Source of the DNA: Bacteroidales bacterium
GTDB taxonomy: Bacteria; Bacteroidota; Bacteroidia; Bacteroidales; UBA7960
DNA length: 64,000 nt
Reading direction: 5' to 3'
Assembly: GCA_003550725.1 (NCBI GenBank)
Contig: PUKZ01000144.1
Coordinates: 2,502-66,501 of the forward strand
Shown here: positions 28,888 through 38,044 of the stretch, piece after piece
How positions within the stretch are numbered: the stretch's first letter is position 1
Layout of the letters: each line of letters opens with the position of its first letter
Notes under the pieces: model-generated
Told to the model about the DNA's origin: nothing
The model's input: the letters and a program-made list of their open reading frames with translations, nothing else
Database searches by the model: none
Made by a program: the position numbers and the translations under genes

Positions 28888-31512
28888 TTATTGGTTAGTA
28901 ATCATTTCGCGTGCTTTACTAATTACCTTATCAAGATTTTGAGGGTTTTTGCCACCTGCCGTTGCAAAAAAAGCTTGCCCTCCGCCGCCTCCATTAATCT
29001 CTTTAGCAAGCTTTTTTACAATATCGCCTGCATGAATATTTTTTGATTTAACAATATTTTCAGATAACATAACAGTAATACCGGCTTTTTCGTTATGCTG
29101 ATAAGCAAGAACCAAAAACATGCTATCAACTTTTTGTTTCAACTCAAAAGCAATATCCTTAGCTATTTTAGGATCAATGTCGACTTTAGCACCAATAAAA
29201 TTGATATTTTCAAGCTTCTCCTGTTTGTTTATCAGTTCTTGTTTTATTTGGTCAGCCCGGATTTTCTGTAATGTTTCAACTTCTTTTTTCAGGTTTTCGT
29301 TTTGTTCTGCGAGTTGTTTGACAGCTTGTTTAATATTTTTAGGGTATTTCAAAATCTGATTAACCTGATCAATAAGGTTAAGTTTATTATTCACAAACTT
29401 TTCGGCTTCATGACCCGTAACAGCTTCTATTCGCCTAATGCCAGCAGCAATAGCTGCTTCAGAAACAATCTTAAACAGGCCGATCTGGCCTGTCCTGGCA
29501 ACATGTGTGCCCCCGCAAAGCTCTGTAGAAAATTTACTGTCAAAAGATACCACCCTCGCCAGATCATCATATTTTTCGCCAAACAGTGCTGTGGCACCCA
29601 TATCTTTTGCTTTTTCAAGAGATATCTCACGATGTTCTTCAACAGGAATGTTTTGGCGTATCTTTTTATTTACTGTTTCTTCAATTTTAATAATCTGCTC
29701 AGTTGTAACTTTCTCGAAATGCGCAAAATCAAACCGCAAACGTTTTTCGTCAACCAGCGAACCTTTTTGTTGTGCATGACTTCCGATAACTTCCCTTAGT
29801 GCTGAATGCATCAGGTGAGTAGCAGAATGATTATTGGCAGTTAATAAACGTTTGTTTTTGTCAACCTTTGCAATTATTTTTCCGGCAACGGTTTCCGGCA
29901 ACTTTTCAGCAATATGTATTGTAAGCTCATTTTCTTTTTGAGTATCTATAATTTTTATCTCTCCACTCTCTGATGCCAAAACTCCCCGATCACCAACCTG
30001 GCCGCCCGACTCGGCATAGAACGGCGTTTTGTCTAATACTATATGATACAATGATTTCCCTTTTGATTTTACTTCCCTGTATTTAACAATTTCAGCTTCC
30101 GATTCAATAGTATCATAGCCAATAAATTTGGTGTTTTTAACATTTGGTTTCATTTCAATCCAATCCACACTTTGCTTAATACCATCGGCACGGCTTCTTT
30201 CTTTTTGTTTTTTCATGTTTGCATAAAAACCTTCCATATCAACCTTTAATCCTTTTTCTCTAGCCATAAGCACGGTAAGATCGATTGGGAAACCATAGGT
30301 ATCAAAAAGTTCAAAAGCAAACTTTCCGTCAACGGTATTGTTTTTAAGCTCTTTTTTCAGGTAATTATCAAATTTTTGAATTCCTATTGATAAAGTTCTC
30401 AAAAACACCTGCTCTTCCTGATTTATAACTTTTTTTATAAGTTCTTGTTGAGCCGGGAGTTCAGGGAAAAACCCTCCCATTTTATTAATAAACGAAGGAA
30501 CAAGTTCATATACGAATGGTTCAGACATTCCAAGAAAAGTATACCCGTATCGTATAGCTCTGCGTAATATCCGCCTTATAACATATCCGGCGCCGGTATT
30601 GGATGGCAGTTCACCCTCAGCTATGGCAAAAGCAACAGCTCTCAAATGGTCAGCAATTACGCGCATGGCAATATCTACTTCATTGTTTTTGCCGTATGGT
30701 TTGGATGTGATTTCCGATAACTTTTCAATATAAGGCCTAAAAAGATCAGTATCATAGTTTGAATTTTTTCCCTGCATCACCATACATAATCTTTCAAGAC
30801 CCATACCGGTATCGACATGTTTTGCCGGAAGAGGCAAAAGCGAACCATCAGCTTTTCGATTAAATTCAATAAAAACAAGGGTCCAAATTTCAATTACCCC
30901 CGGGTGATCTTTATTAACGAGTTCTTTTCCATTTATTTCGGTGCGTGATTTATCATCACGAATGTCAACATGTATTTCCGAACAAGGGCCACAAGGCCCA
31001 ACATCACCCATCTCCCAGAAATTGTCTTTTTTTGATCCATACAAAATGCGTGATTCCGGAACTATACTTTTCCAAATATTATAAGCTTCATTGTCAGGTG
31101 TCAGTCCATTTGCTTTGTCTCCTTCAAATACAGTAACATAAAGCCTTTTACCGTCAATATTAAACTCATTGGTAATCAACTCCCATGCCCATTGTATTGC
31201 CTCTTTTTTAAAATAATCTCCAAAACTCCAGTTTCCAAGCATTTCAAACATGGTATGATGATAGGTATCATGGCCTACTTCTTCAAGATCATTATGTTTT
31301 CCCGATACCCTAAGACATTTTTGTGTATTAACAACTCTTGTATTTTTCGGGTTAATATTGCCTAAAAATATATCTTTAAACTGATTCATCCCGGCATTAG
31401 TAAACATTAACGTGGGATCATTTTTTACTACCATAGGAGCAGATTTTGTGACAAAATGCCCCTTACTTTCGAAAAAATCAAAGAAAAGCTGTCTTATTTT
31501 TTCAGATTTCAT
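28888..31512 (-). CDS. alaS: alanine--tRNA ligase
   Basis: 874 aa with the class II core (FTNAGMNQFK), the editing-domain HSATHLMH and CGGTH motifs, and a C-terminal GGGGG DHHA1-like motif. Confidence 0.97.
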   Translation of the reverse strand: MKSEKIRQLFFDFFESKGHFVTKSAPMVVKNDPTLMFTNAGMNQFKDIFLGNINPKNTRVVNTQKCLRVSGKHNDLEEVGHDTYHHTMFEMLGNWSFGDYFKKEAIQWAWELITNEFNIDGKRLYVTVFEGDKANGLTPDNEAYNIWKSIVPESRILYGSKKDNFWEMGDVGPCGPCSEIHVDIRDDKSRTEINGKELVNKDHPGVIEIWTLVFIEFNRKADGSLLPLPAKHVDTGMGLERLCMVMQGKNSNYDTDLFRPYIEKLSEITSKPYGKNNEVDIAMRVIADHLRAVAFAIAEGELPSNTGAGYVIRRILRRAIRYGYTFLGMSEPFVYELVPSFINKMGGFFPELPAQQELIKKVINQEEQVFLRTLSIGIQKFDNYLKKELKNNTVDGKFAFELFDTYGFPIDLTVLMAREKGLKVDMEGFYANMKKQKERSRADGIKQSVDWIEMKPNVKNTKFIGYDTIESEAEIVKYREVKSKGKSLYHIVLDKTPFYAESGGQVGDRGVLASESGEIKIIDTQKENELTIHIAEKLPETVAGKIIAKVDKNKRLLTANNHSATHLMHSALREVIGSHAQQKGSLVDEKRLRFDFAHFEKVTTEQIIKIEETVNKKIRQNIPVEEHREISLEKAKDMGATALFGEKYDDLARVVSFDSKFSTELCGGTHVARTGQIGLFKIVSEAAIAAGIRRIEAVTGHEAEKFVNNKLNLIDQVNQILKYPKNIKQAVKQLAEQNENLKKEVETLQKIRADQIKQELINKQEKLENINFIGAKVDIDPKIAKDIAFELKQKVDSMFLVLAYQHNEKAGITVMLSENIVKSKNIHAGDIVKKLAKEINGGGGGQAFFATAGGKNPQNLDKVISKAREMITNQ

Positions 31513-31698
31513 TGAAAATGAGATGTTTTGTGAAAAACTTTTTAATAAATATTTGGCAAAATTAAATTATTTTTAATTATATTTGCAACATTTGATTGCT
31601 ATTAATGTATAACCATTATAGATAGCAATAAACATAGCTTTGCTTTTATATTTATTGTTTTTTACAAAAATAATTGTTTTTAAAAGACAAATACTATT

Positions 31699-32667
31699 AT
31701 GGGAAAAGTCAAATACCATTTCAATACAAGATCACTGTCAGTTGAAAAAGTAAACGAAACAATTTGGGATAAATTAAAGAAAATACTACGAATAGCTTTA
31801 GCGGGCCTGGTATTTTCTGTAATTGTTTTATTAATTGGATATACTTTTTTCAAATCCCCAAAAGAGCAAATGCTTAGCAGGGAAATAGAGCAATACAAGC
31901 TTCAGTACGAAATAGTAGATGACAGGTTGGACAAGCTTTCAAGTGTGCTGGAAGATATTCAACATCGCGATGATCATATTTACCGGACTATATTCGAGGC
32001 GGATCCACTGCCACGTTCTGTAAGGGAAGCCGGGCATGGAGGTTCTGCCCGTTATATGGATTTGGAAGGCTATGACAATACAGAGCTTATAAAAAATGTA
32101 CATCAGCGCATAGATAAATTGGCACGGCAGTTATATGTACAGTCCAAATCATACGATGAAGTCTTCGAAAAGGCTAAAAACAAAAAAGACATGCTTGCTT
32201 GCATACCGGCAATAATTCCTGTTGAAAGAGGCACTGAACGTGTTGCCTCGGGGTTTGGCTACAGGATACACCCTATTTATAAAACAATGCGTATGCATAC
32301 AGGCGTTGATTTTACGGCGCGTACCGGAACCCCAATATATGCTACCGGCAATGGTGTAGTAAAAAAATCTGAAAGAAACAATCATGGCTACGGCAAAATG
32401 GTGAAAATTGACCACGGTTATGGTTATGAAACTCTTTATGCTCATATGAGCAAACTAAAAGTAAGACCGGGTCAAGAAGTTAAACGCGGAGAAGTAATAG
32501 GTCTTGTGGGCAGCACCGGCGTTTCAACAGCACCTCACCTGCACTATGAAATAATAAGAAACGGCAAACAAGTTGATCCGGTCTCCTATTTTTATAATGA
32601 CTTAACACCCGAAGAATTCGAATATATTATAGAAAAAGCATCCAGGGTAAATCAATCTCTCTCTTAA
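31699..32667 (+). CDS. M23 family metallopeptidase
   Basis: N-terminal TM helix, coiled coil, then HTGVDFTARTGTPIYATGNG and PHLHYEI. Confidence 0.85.
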   Translation: MGKVKYHFNTRSLSVEKVNETIWDKLKKILRIALAGLVFSVIVLLIGYTFFKSPKEQMLSREIEQYKLQYEIVDDRLDKLSSVLEDIQHRDDHIYRTIFEADPLPRSVREAGHGGSARYMDLEGYDNTELIKNVHQRIDKLARQLYVQSKSYDEVFEKAKNKKDMLACIPAIIPVERGTERVASGFGYRIHPIYKTMRMHTGVDFTARTGTPIYATGNGVVKKSERNNHGYGKMVKIDHGYGYETLYAHMSKLKVRPGQEVKRGEVIGLVGSTGVSTAPHLHYEIIRNGKQVDPVSYFYNDLTPEEFEYIIEKASRVNQSLS

Positions 32668-32710
32668 TAAAATAATCCAGTATTTTAATAATACTTTGAC
32701 ATTCTTTTCC

Positions 32711-32756
32711 ATATGCCTGTTAAATAATAACCCCGGTTATCATTTAACAGGCATAT
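32711..32756. repeat. 46 nt near-perfect palindrome (22 bp arms, one mismatch)
   Basis: The left arm is atatgcctgttaaataataacc. The right arm is ggttatcatttaacaggcatat, whose reverse complement differs at one base. It lies 44 nt after the M23 stop and is not followed by a T run. Confidence 0.7.
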
Positions 32757-32957
32757 ACCCAGTAATATCAGATTAACCCGACACTGATATACAAAATAAA
32801 ACAAAGTCATATAAATACCAAAACCTGGTTTTATTAATACTTTATATATATGTCTTATAATTGTATTAACGGATAAATTTTTTAAACTTTTTTCACAAAT
32901 TAATTCATTTTGATTGTATTTTAGCGGCTTAAAAAAAATTTCTTAAAAACTTGTTTT

Positions 32958-34496
32958 ATGGAATATATCACTGAGCATTTTGCTATTATACACATTCTTA
33001 ACCAATATTGGCTGACCTTATTATTGGTTATTTCTATGGTACTTGTATCCCGCACAGTTGTAGCCGGTTCTCGTTATTCTCCCATACTTATTATTGTTGT
33101 ATTTGGTTTGATAATGGGGTTTGTGTTGGTTAACACCGGCTTAGCTACTCCGGGCTTGCCTGAATTTCAAATCGTAGGATTAACCAGCAGGGTTACCATT
33201 ACAGCACTTATGGCATCTTTTTTTGTTGGCGGCCAGGAAATACGCAAATTATTAACAAACAAAAAGATTGATCCTGAAGACATTGTTGTACCTTCATCCA
33301 AGGAAATATTTCTGGGTACTAAAGCTACCCAGTTTATGTTTTTGGTAAGAGCTTTTTTTATTTTAACAGGCATAGAATCTCTTAAACGTGTTATAATTGG
33401 ACATTCATCAGGTGATACACTTGATGAGTTTTATCCTTTACTGGGCTATATTGGTTTAGTTGCATCTATCATACTGATTGATCATCGTGCTAAAATTACT
33501 AATAAAGCAGCATATATACGCAAAGGTGTTTTCGAAACTGCTATGATACTTTTTTTACTACTGGTTTCTTATTATATTTCAGAATGGATTAAACCTGTTA
33601 TCGCTCTTCCCGAGATTTTCTTTGCCATGGTATTATCAGTAAGTCTTGGTGCTATTATGGTTAAATGGAAATTTGGGCCTACTATACGGTCATTGCTTTT
33701 TGCAGGCATACCTGTTGTATTGGCTGCTAATTTTATGGTTGGCGGATCACGAATTTTGGATGCATTTCTATTAAGCGGAATGACATCTGTATTGTCATTC
33801 GGCTTTTTCGGCCAGTTACTATGGATGTTTGGAGGATTGGCTGTATTGATTTTGCTTGGTTCGGCTAATAACATACGTAACCTGGCTCCAGGAATGGCAG
33901 GTTCTTTGTCACACTCTGGCCTAACCGGTGCATGTACTGCAGGAGACCTTGGCCCGGAAGCAGCAGTCAGAGCACCAATAATGATCAACGTGCCTTTTAT
34001 AGGCCACATATTTGTTTTTTCTATCCTGGCAGCCAGTGCTACCGTAGGCAAATTACTAATACCTTATGCTCTTGGAGTATTTTTAATAGGTGTGATATTA
34101 ACCTACTTAGCAATAAAAAGCCTGCGAATGGCTAAAGGAAATGATGCAACAGAAATAAGAGGTTTGATGTTATTTTCACTCGGCTGGCAATTGGTTGCTG
34201 TATTCGGAGGGTTATTAATGCTCGATATCTCGGGTATGAACCTTAGTGATGCCGTTATGGCAAATGCATCAGCTATCTCTCACTTCGGCTTGTTTGCTGC
34301 TATTCAGGGTGGTATGTTTGGAGCAGAAGCTGCAGGATTGATAGCTTTCGTTTTTGCAATGCCATTCCTCGTACATCCACTAGTGTTCGGAATATTTGGA
34401 AAGACAGCAGAAAATAAAGGCATAATGCCTTCAAAAATTGTATACCTACTGGCTTCACTAGGAATTATTGGGGTACTATATTCAATGATATTTTAA
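32958..34496 (+). CDS. polytopic membrane protein of unknown family (possible transporter)
   Basis: 512 aa with ~12-14 hydrophobic helices. GC is higher than in its surroundings. No motif I can name. Confidence 0.6.
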   Translation: MEYITEHFAIIHILNQYWLTLLLVISMVLVSRTVVAGSRYSPILIIVVFGLIMGFVLVNTGLATPGLPEFQIVGLTSRVTITALMASFFVGGQEIRKLLTNKKIDPEDIVVPSSKEIFLGTKATQFMFLVRAFFILTGIESLKRVIIGHSSGDTLDEFYPLLGYIGLVASIILIDHRAKITNKAAYIRKGVFETAMILFLLLVSYYISEWIKPVIALPEIFFAMVLSVSLGAIMVKWKFGPTIRSLLFAGIPVVLAANFMVGGSRILDAFLLSGMTSVLSFGFFGQLLWMFGGLAVLILLGSANNIRNLAPGMAGSLSHSGLTGACTAGDLGPEAAVRAPIMINVPFIGHIFVFSILAASATVGKLLIPYALGVFLIGVILTYLAIKSLRMAKGNDATEIRGLMLFSLGWQLVAVFGGLLMLDISGMNLSDAVMANASAISHFGLFAAIQGGMFGAEAAGLIAFVFAMPFLVHPLVFGIFGKTAENKGIMPSKIVYLLASLGIIGVLYSMIF

Positions 34497-34704
34497 TTGA
34501 AGTCATATGTTCTTCATAATCAAATTATTCAAAAGAATAAACCAAATATACTTTAATTTATAAGATAAATATTTCTGGATTCTACTTAACAGATTAAAAG
34601 TATAAAGGGAAGGTTTTTAAAAAACCGGCATGTTGCAAAAATCGAAACTATTTATTACTTTTATGTACAACAAAAAATAATATTAACATAAATTTAATAA
34701 GGCC

Positions 34705-34989
34705 ATGGACAGAAACGAATTTAAAAAAAAAGCAAAAAAAAGCATAGATGAGCTTTTTAATAAAATTGAAAAGCTTGAGCAAAAAAAAGAACAAGCCACA
34801 AATGACATTAAATCAAAATACGATGAAAAAATTGCTGAGATAAAAGCCAGAAAAGAAGATCTTAAAGCAAAGTATAAAGAACTTGAAAATTCATCACATG
34901 AAGAATGGGAAGAGGCAAAAGCCAATTTTAACTCAAGCATGGAATCATTTAAAGAGGGGTTTTCAAAACTTGCCTCTATTTTTAAGTAA
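34705..34989 (+). CDS. small K/E-rich coiled-coil protein
   Basis: 94 aa with a heptad-like charged sequence and no family assignment. Confidence 0.45.
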   Translation: MDRNEFKKKAKKSIDELFNKIEKLEQKKEQATNDIKSKYDEKIAEIKARKEDLKAKYKELENSSHEEWEEAKANFNSSMESFKEGFSKLASIFK

Positions 34990-35203
34990 CTTTAATAACA
35001 AAACCTTTTTTAACTACAATAAGGCCTGAATTGAAGTTTTGCCAAAATGCTACCATATGTGGCTTCTAAAAAAAGTTGCAGGATAAACTTTATATTAAGT
35101 TTTAAGGGCTTTGTGATAAACTTTTACAGCCTTTACGATTTATTTTCTATAATAAGATACTCTGTTTCGCATATTCTTTATCGCGAATTTGTACTTTTTC
35201 TAA

Positions 35204-35251
35204 AGCCCTGTGTTATTATAAACAGCTACAATAAAACAGGGCTGCATTTTT
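35204..35251 (+). terminator. possible terminator hairpin
   Basis: 8 bp stem agccctgt / acagggct (35204-35211 and 35236-35243), a 24 nt loop, then gcattttta. The loop is large, so the call is weak. Confidence 0.3.
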
Positions 35252-35455
35252 ACCATAAAAATGATATTGATCAACATTAGTGATTTAATGTTTATCATAC
35301 TAAAGTTCAATCGATATTTTTAAACTAAAAAAGCAGAGTATGTTATTTATCAATTATATGATTTTAATATTGTCCTTACTGGGAAATATGGTGATTTGGT
35401 TTTGACAATATTTTTTTTTATGATATGACAATGTATTTATTTATATGCTTTTTTA

Positions 35456-35463
35456 TATATTTG
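35456..35463 (+). promoter_or_regulatory. candidate Bacteroidota -7 box (TAtaTTTG) for the dsrC-type operon
   Basis: tatatttg matches TAnnTTTG, 18 nt upstream of the ATG at 35481. I saw no good -33 TTTG. Confidence 0.35.
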
Positions 35464-35480
35464 CCGGAAAAAGCTTAAAT

Positions 35481-35717
35481 ATGACTTCTTTTTGTATAAA
35501 CTATAACACCTGTCCTTTGATTAATGATCCGGGCTTTCTTCAGGTAAAGGAAAAAACGGATTATTATGTAGAAACTTTTTGCAAGGGTGGGAAAGAAAAT
35601 TGGAGCATTTGTAAACGATATTTGATGAAACTTAGGTGGAATTTTTGCCCTGACTTTGTTTTACCGGACACACCGGATACAACTGATGAGATCCTTGACA
35701 AGTTTGAAGAAGAATAG
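35481..35717 (+). CDS. small cysteine-rich protein (5 Cys), first gene of the dsrC-type operon
   Basis: The ORF track starts at 35445, but the -7 box lies inside that extension, so Met at 35481 (MTSFCINYNTC...) is preferred. The Cys contexts are FCINYNTC, FCKGG, SICKRY and NFCPD. Confidence 0.45.
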   Translation: MTSFCINYNTCPLINDPGFLQVKEKTDYYVETFCKGGKENWSICKRYLMKLRWNFCPDFVLPDTPDTTDEILDKFEEE

Positions 35718-35750
35718 TAGTAAATTATATAACTAAAAAAACTGATTTAT

Positions 35751-36068
35751 ATGCCAAAAATTGAGATTGAAGATAAAGTATTAGAAGTTGATGGTAACGG
35801 TTTTATGACCAATCCTGAAATTTGGGATGAAGAAATAGCAAATCTGATTGCTAAATATGATGGAATAACTGAGTTGACAGATCAGCATTGGGCTGTTATT
35901 AATGTAATAAGAAAGAATTACGAAGAAAAAGGCATGGCTCCTATGATTAGGCAAATATGCAAAGCAACCGGGCTTAAGCTTCGTCAGATATATGAGTTAT
36001 TTCCTCTGGGGCCGGCTCGTGGTGCATGCCGGGTAGCAGGTTTACCAAAGCCCGATGGGTGTGTATAA
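35751..36068 (+). CDS. dsrC: DsrC/TusE family sulfur-carrier protein with both conserved cysteines
   Basis: 105 aa, ending GACRVAGLPKPDGCV. Cys93 and the penultimate Cys104 are separated by 10 residues, the arrangement of bona fide DsrC. Confidence 0.85.
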   Translation: MPKIEIEDKVLEVDGNGFMTNPEIWDEEIANLIAKYDGITELTDQHWAVINVIRKNYEEKGMAPMIRQICKATGLKLRQIYELFPLGPARGACRVAGLPKPDGCV

Positions 36069-36085
36069 TTATATATTTTGAAAAT

Positions 36086-36709
36086 ATGGAATGGTATTTT
36101 TGGGTTGCAATAACCTCCTTGGGAATTTGTTTTGCCGGTTATATTTATCATTTTCTAAAACTGATAAATCTGGGTAGTCCAAAGGATTATTCAAAAAAAT
36201 CGGGTAGTACAAAATCGGGTATTATATACTCGTTTACCCATGCAATGAACCCTGTCAATAAAGAATCAGCGTTTTTAAACCTGCCGACATATATTTCGGG
36301 CGTCATTTATCATTTGGGCACATTTCTGGCTATAATTTTGTTTTTTGTATTATTTTTTACTACAAATATAAATGAATTGATATCGCTGCTGCTGGCAGCA
36401 TTTTTATTGTTATCAACATTATGTGGGGCTGGTATGTTGATTAAACGTATCACTGATAAGAAGCTAAGGCACCTTTCCAATCCTGATGACTATATTTCCA
36501 ATATATTAGTTACATTATTTCACTTAGGTTCAGGCACAGTTTTGTTTATTCCTGATGTATATCCTGTTTATATGGTAATAGCAAGTTTATTATTACTTTA
36601 TATACCTTTAGGTAAATTGAAGCATGTGATCTATTTTTTTGCTGCCCGGTATCATATAGGTTATTTTTATGGGTGGCGAAGTGTTTGGCCTACGGCAAAA
36701 TCCAAATAA
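36086..36709 (+). CDS. DsrM/NarI-like integral membrane (putative di-heme b, quinol-interacting) subunit
   Basis: The preferred start is ATG 36086 (MEWYFWVAI...), because the 36026 start would overlap dsrC. It has 5-6 TM helices with conserved-looking His residues (YIYHF, VIYHLG, LFHLG, KHVIYF). The stop abuts the next start. Confidence 0.6.
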   Translation: MEWYFWVAITSLGICFAGYIYHFLKLINLGSPKDYSKKSGSTKSGIIYSFTHAMNPVNKESAFLNLPTYISGVIYHLGTFLAIILFFVLFFTTNINELISLLLAAFLLLSTLCGAGMLIKRITDKKLRHLSNPDDYISNILVTLFHLGSGTVLFIPDVYPVYMVIASLLLLYIPLGKLKHVIYFFAARYHIGYFYGWRSVWPTAKSK

Positions 36710-38029
36710 ATGATGGTCAAAATAAATGAAGACATAATAAAGGCAGGTTTAGAGGTCTTAAATTCACACAAAGACAGCAAGTTAATTACCCATCTTAATA
36801 GTTGTGTACACTGTGGTTTATGTGCCAAAACTTGTTTGTATTATCTTACAAGTAATGATAAGCGTTTTATACCTGCGAGGAAAGTTGAATTAGTTTCGGC
36901 CATTTATCGCAGGTATTTTACTTTTATAGGCAAAACAATGCCCGGGTTAACAAATGCACGCAAGTTAGACGATGATATTATTGCTGAGATGATTGATTTG
37001 CTGTATGGTGCATGTGTGATGTGCGGCCGTTGTGTTAAGCATTGTTCTATTGGTGTTGATATTGAATATGTTGTTAGAAAGGGTCGTGAGATGCTTGCAA
37101 AGATGGGTTATGTACCCGAATCATTACAGTCAACTGTAAAGGCTGCACTGGAAACCGGTAACAATATGGCAATTTCTTATGAAGACTTTACAGACACCAT
37201 AGAATGGATGGAAGAGGAGTTGCAAGATGATTGCGATGACCCCGATGCCCGTATTCCCCTGAATGAACATGGGAAAAATGTATTATACACATTAAACCCC
37301 AGGGAACCTAAGTTTTTTCCTCTTTCAATTTCAGCCATGGCAAAAATATTTTATGCTGCAAAAGAAAGCTGGACTTTATCAACCTATATGTACGATGTTA
37401 CAAATTACGCATATTTTTCAAGTCATCCCGCAGAAGCAAAAACAATAGCACAACGGATATATGACGAAACGGATAAATTGAAAGCAAAAAGACTGGTTCT
37501 GGCTGAATGTGGTCACGGAGTGAGGGCTAACAGATGGGAAGCTCCAAACTATATAGAAAAAGAATTTCCGTTTGATGTTATTACATCGGTTGAAATAATA
37601 GCAGAGTATATCAAAGAAGGGCGAATAAAACCTAACAAAGAAATTATAACAGAAAAGACAACCCTTCATGACCCATGCAACCTTGTCAGGAACGCAGGAG
37701 TTATAGATGACCAAAGATATATTCTAAAAAATTGCGTAAAGGATTTTGTAGAAATGGTACCATATGGCACCGACAATTTTTGCTGCGGCGGTGGAGGGGG
37801 GCAGCTTACTATGAGTGAATACAATGACAGAAGGCTAAGTATAGCTGAAATAAAGGCTGAGCAAATACGAAAAACGGGAGCTTCTATAGTTGTTTCGCCA
37901 TGTCATAATTGTATTGATCAATTATCTCAGATCAATGTAACCTATAAGCTTAACGTAAAAATAAAAACCTTAGCTGAAATAGTTGCTGATACTTTACTTG
38001 TTGAAAATATGCTTAATAATAATAAATGA
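36710..38029 (+). CDS. DsrK/HdrD-like iron-sulfur protein with CCG domain
   Basis: Two ferredoxin-type motifs (CVHCGLCAKTC, CVMCGRCVKHC) and CCG-domain motifs (HDPCNL, FCCGGGGG, SPCHNC). Confidence 0.8.
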   Translation: MMVKINEDIIKAGLEVLNSHKDSKLITHLNSCVHCGLCAKTCLYYLTSNDKRFIPARKVELVSAIYRRYFTFIGKTMPGLTNARKLDDDIIAEMIDLLYGACVMCGRCVKHCSIGVDIEYVVRKGREMLAKMGYVPESLQSTVKAALETGNNMAISYEDFTDTIEWMEEELQDDCDDPDARIPLNEHGKNVLYTLNPREPKFFPLSISAMAKIFYAAKESWTLSTYMYDVTNYAYFSSHPAEAKTIAQRIYDETDKLKAKRLVLAECGHGVRANRWEAPNYIEKEFPFDVITSVEIIAEYIKEGRIKPNKEIITEKTTLHDPCNLVRNAGVIDDQRYILKNCVKDFVEMVPYGTDNFCCGGGGGQLTMSEYNDRRLSIAEIKAEQIRKTGASIVVSPCHNCIDQLSQINVTYKLNVKIKTLAEIVADTLLVENMLNNNK

Positions 38030-38044
38030 TTAAACTTTCTATAT

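Noticed and set aside
28792-29046. 84 aa plus-strand ORF overlapping the 3' ends of the 197 aa gene and alaS
   Set aside because: It overlaps two better-supported genes and has no motifs.
29302-29799. 165 aa and 113 aa plus-strand ORFs, plus other small ORFs at 29120-29779
   Set aside because: They are antisense within alaS, which is unambiguous.
33572-34051. 159 aa minus-strand ORF (and the 68 aa ORF at 33167-33373)
   Set aside because: It is antisense to the 512 aa membrane-protein gene in a locally GC-richer stretch where long spurious frames are expected. It has no start context or motifs.
35047-35280. 77 aa plus-strand ORF in the leader of the dsrC-type operon
   Set aside because: Its composition is unlike a coding sequence and it spans a hairpin/terminator-like element. 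I treat it as non-coding.
35751-36068. Calling the DsrC-family gene tusE (tRNA 2-thiouridine relay)
   Set aside because: It retains the second cysteine (Cys93) typical of redox-active DsrC. It also sits with DsrMK-like genes rather than tusBCD. Its true role remains open.
36026-36085. Upstream extension of the DsrM-like ORF (track start 36026)
   Set aside because: It would overlap the last 43 nt of dsrC and encodes non-membrane-like residues. The Met at 36086 begins the first TM helix.
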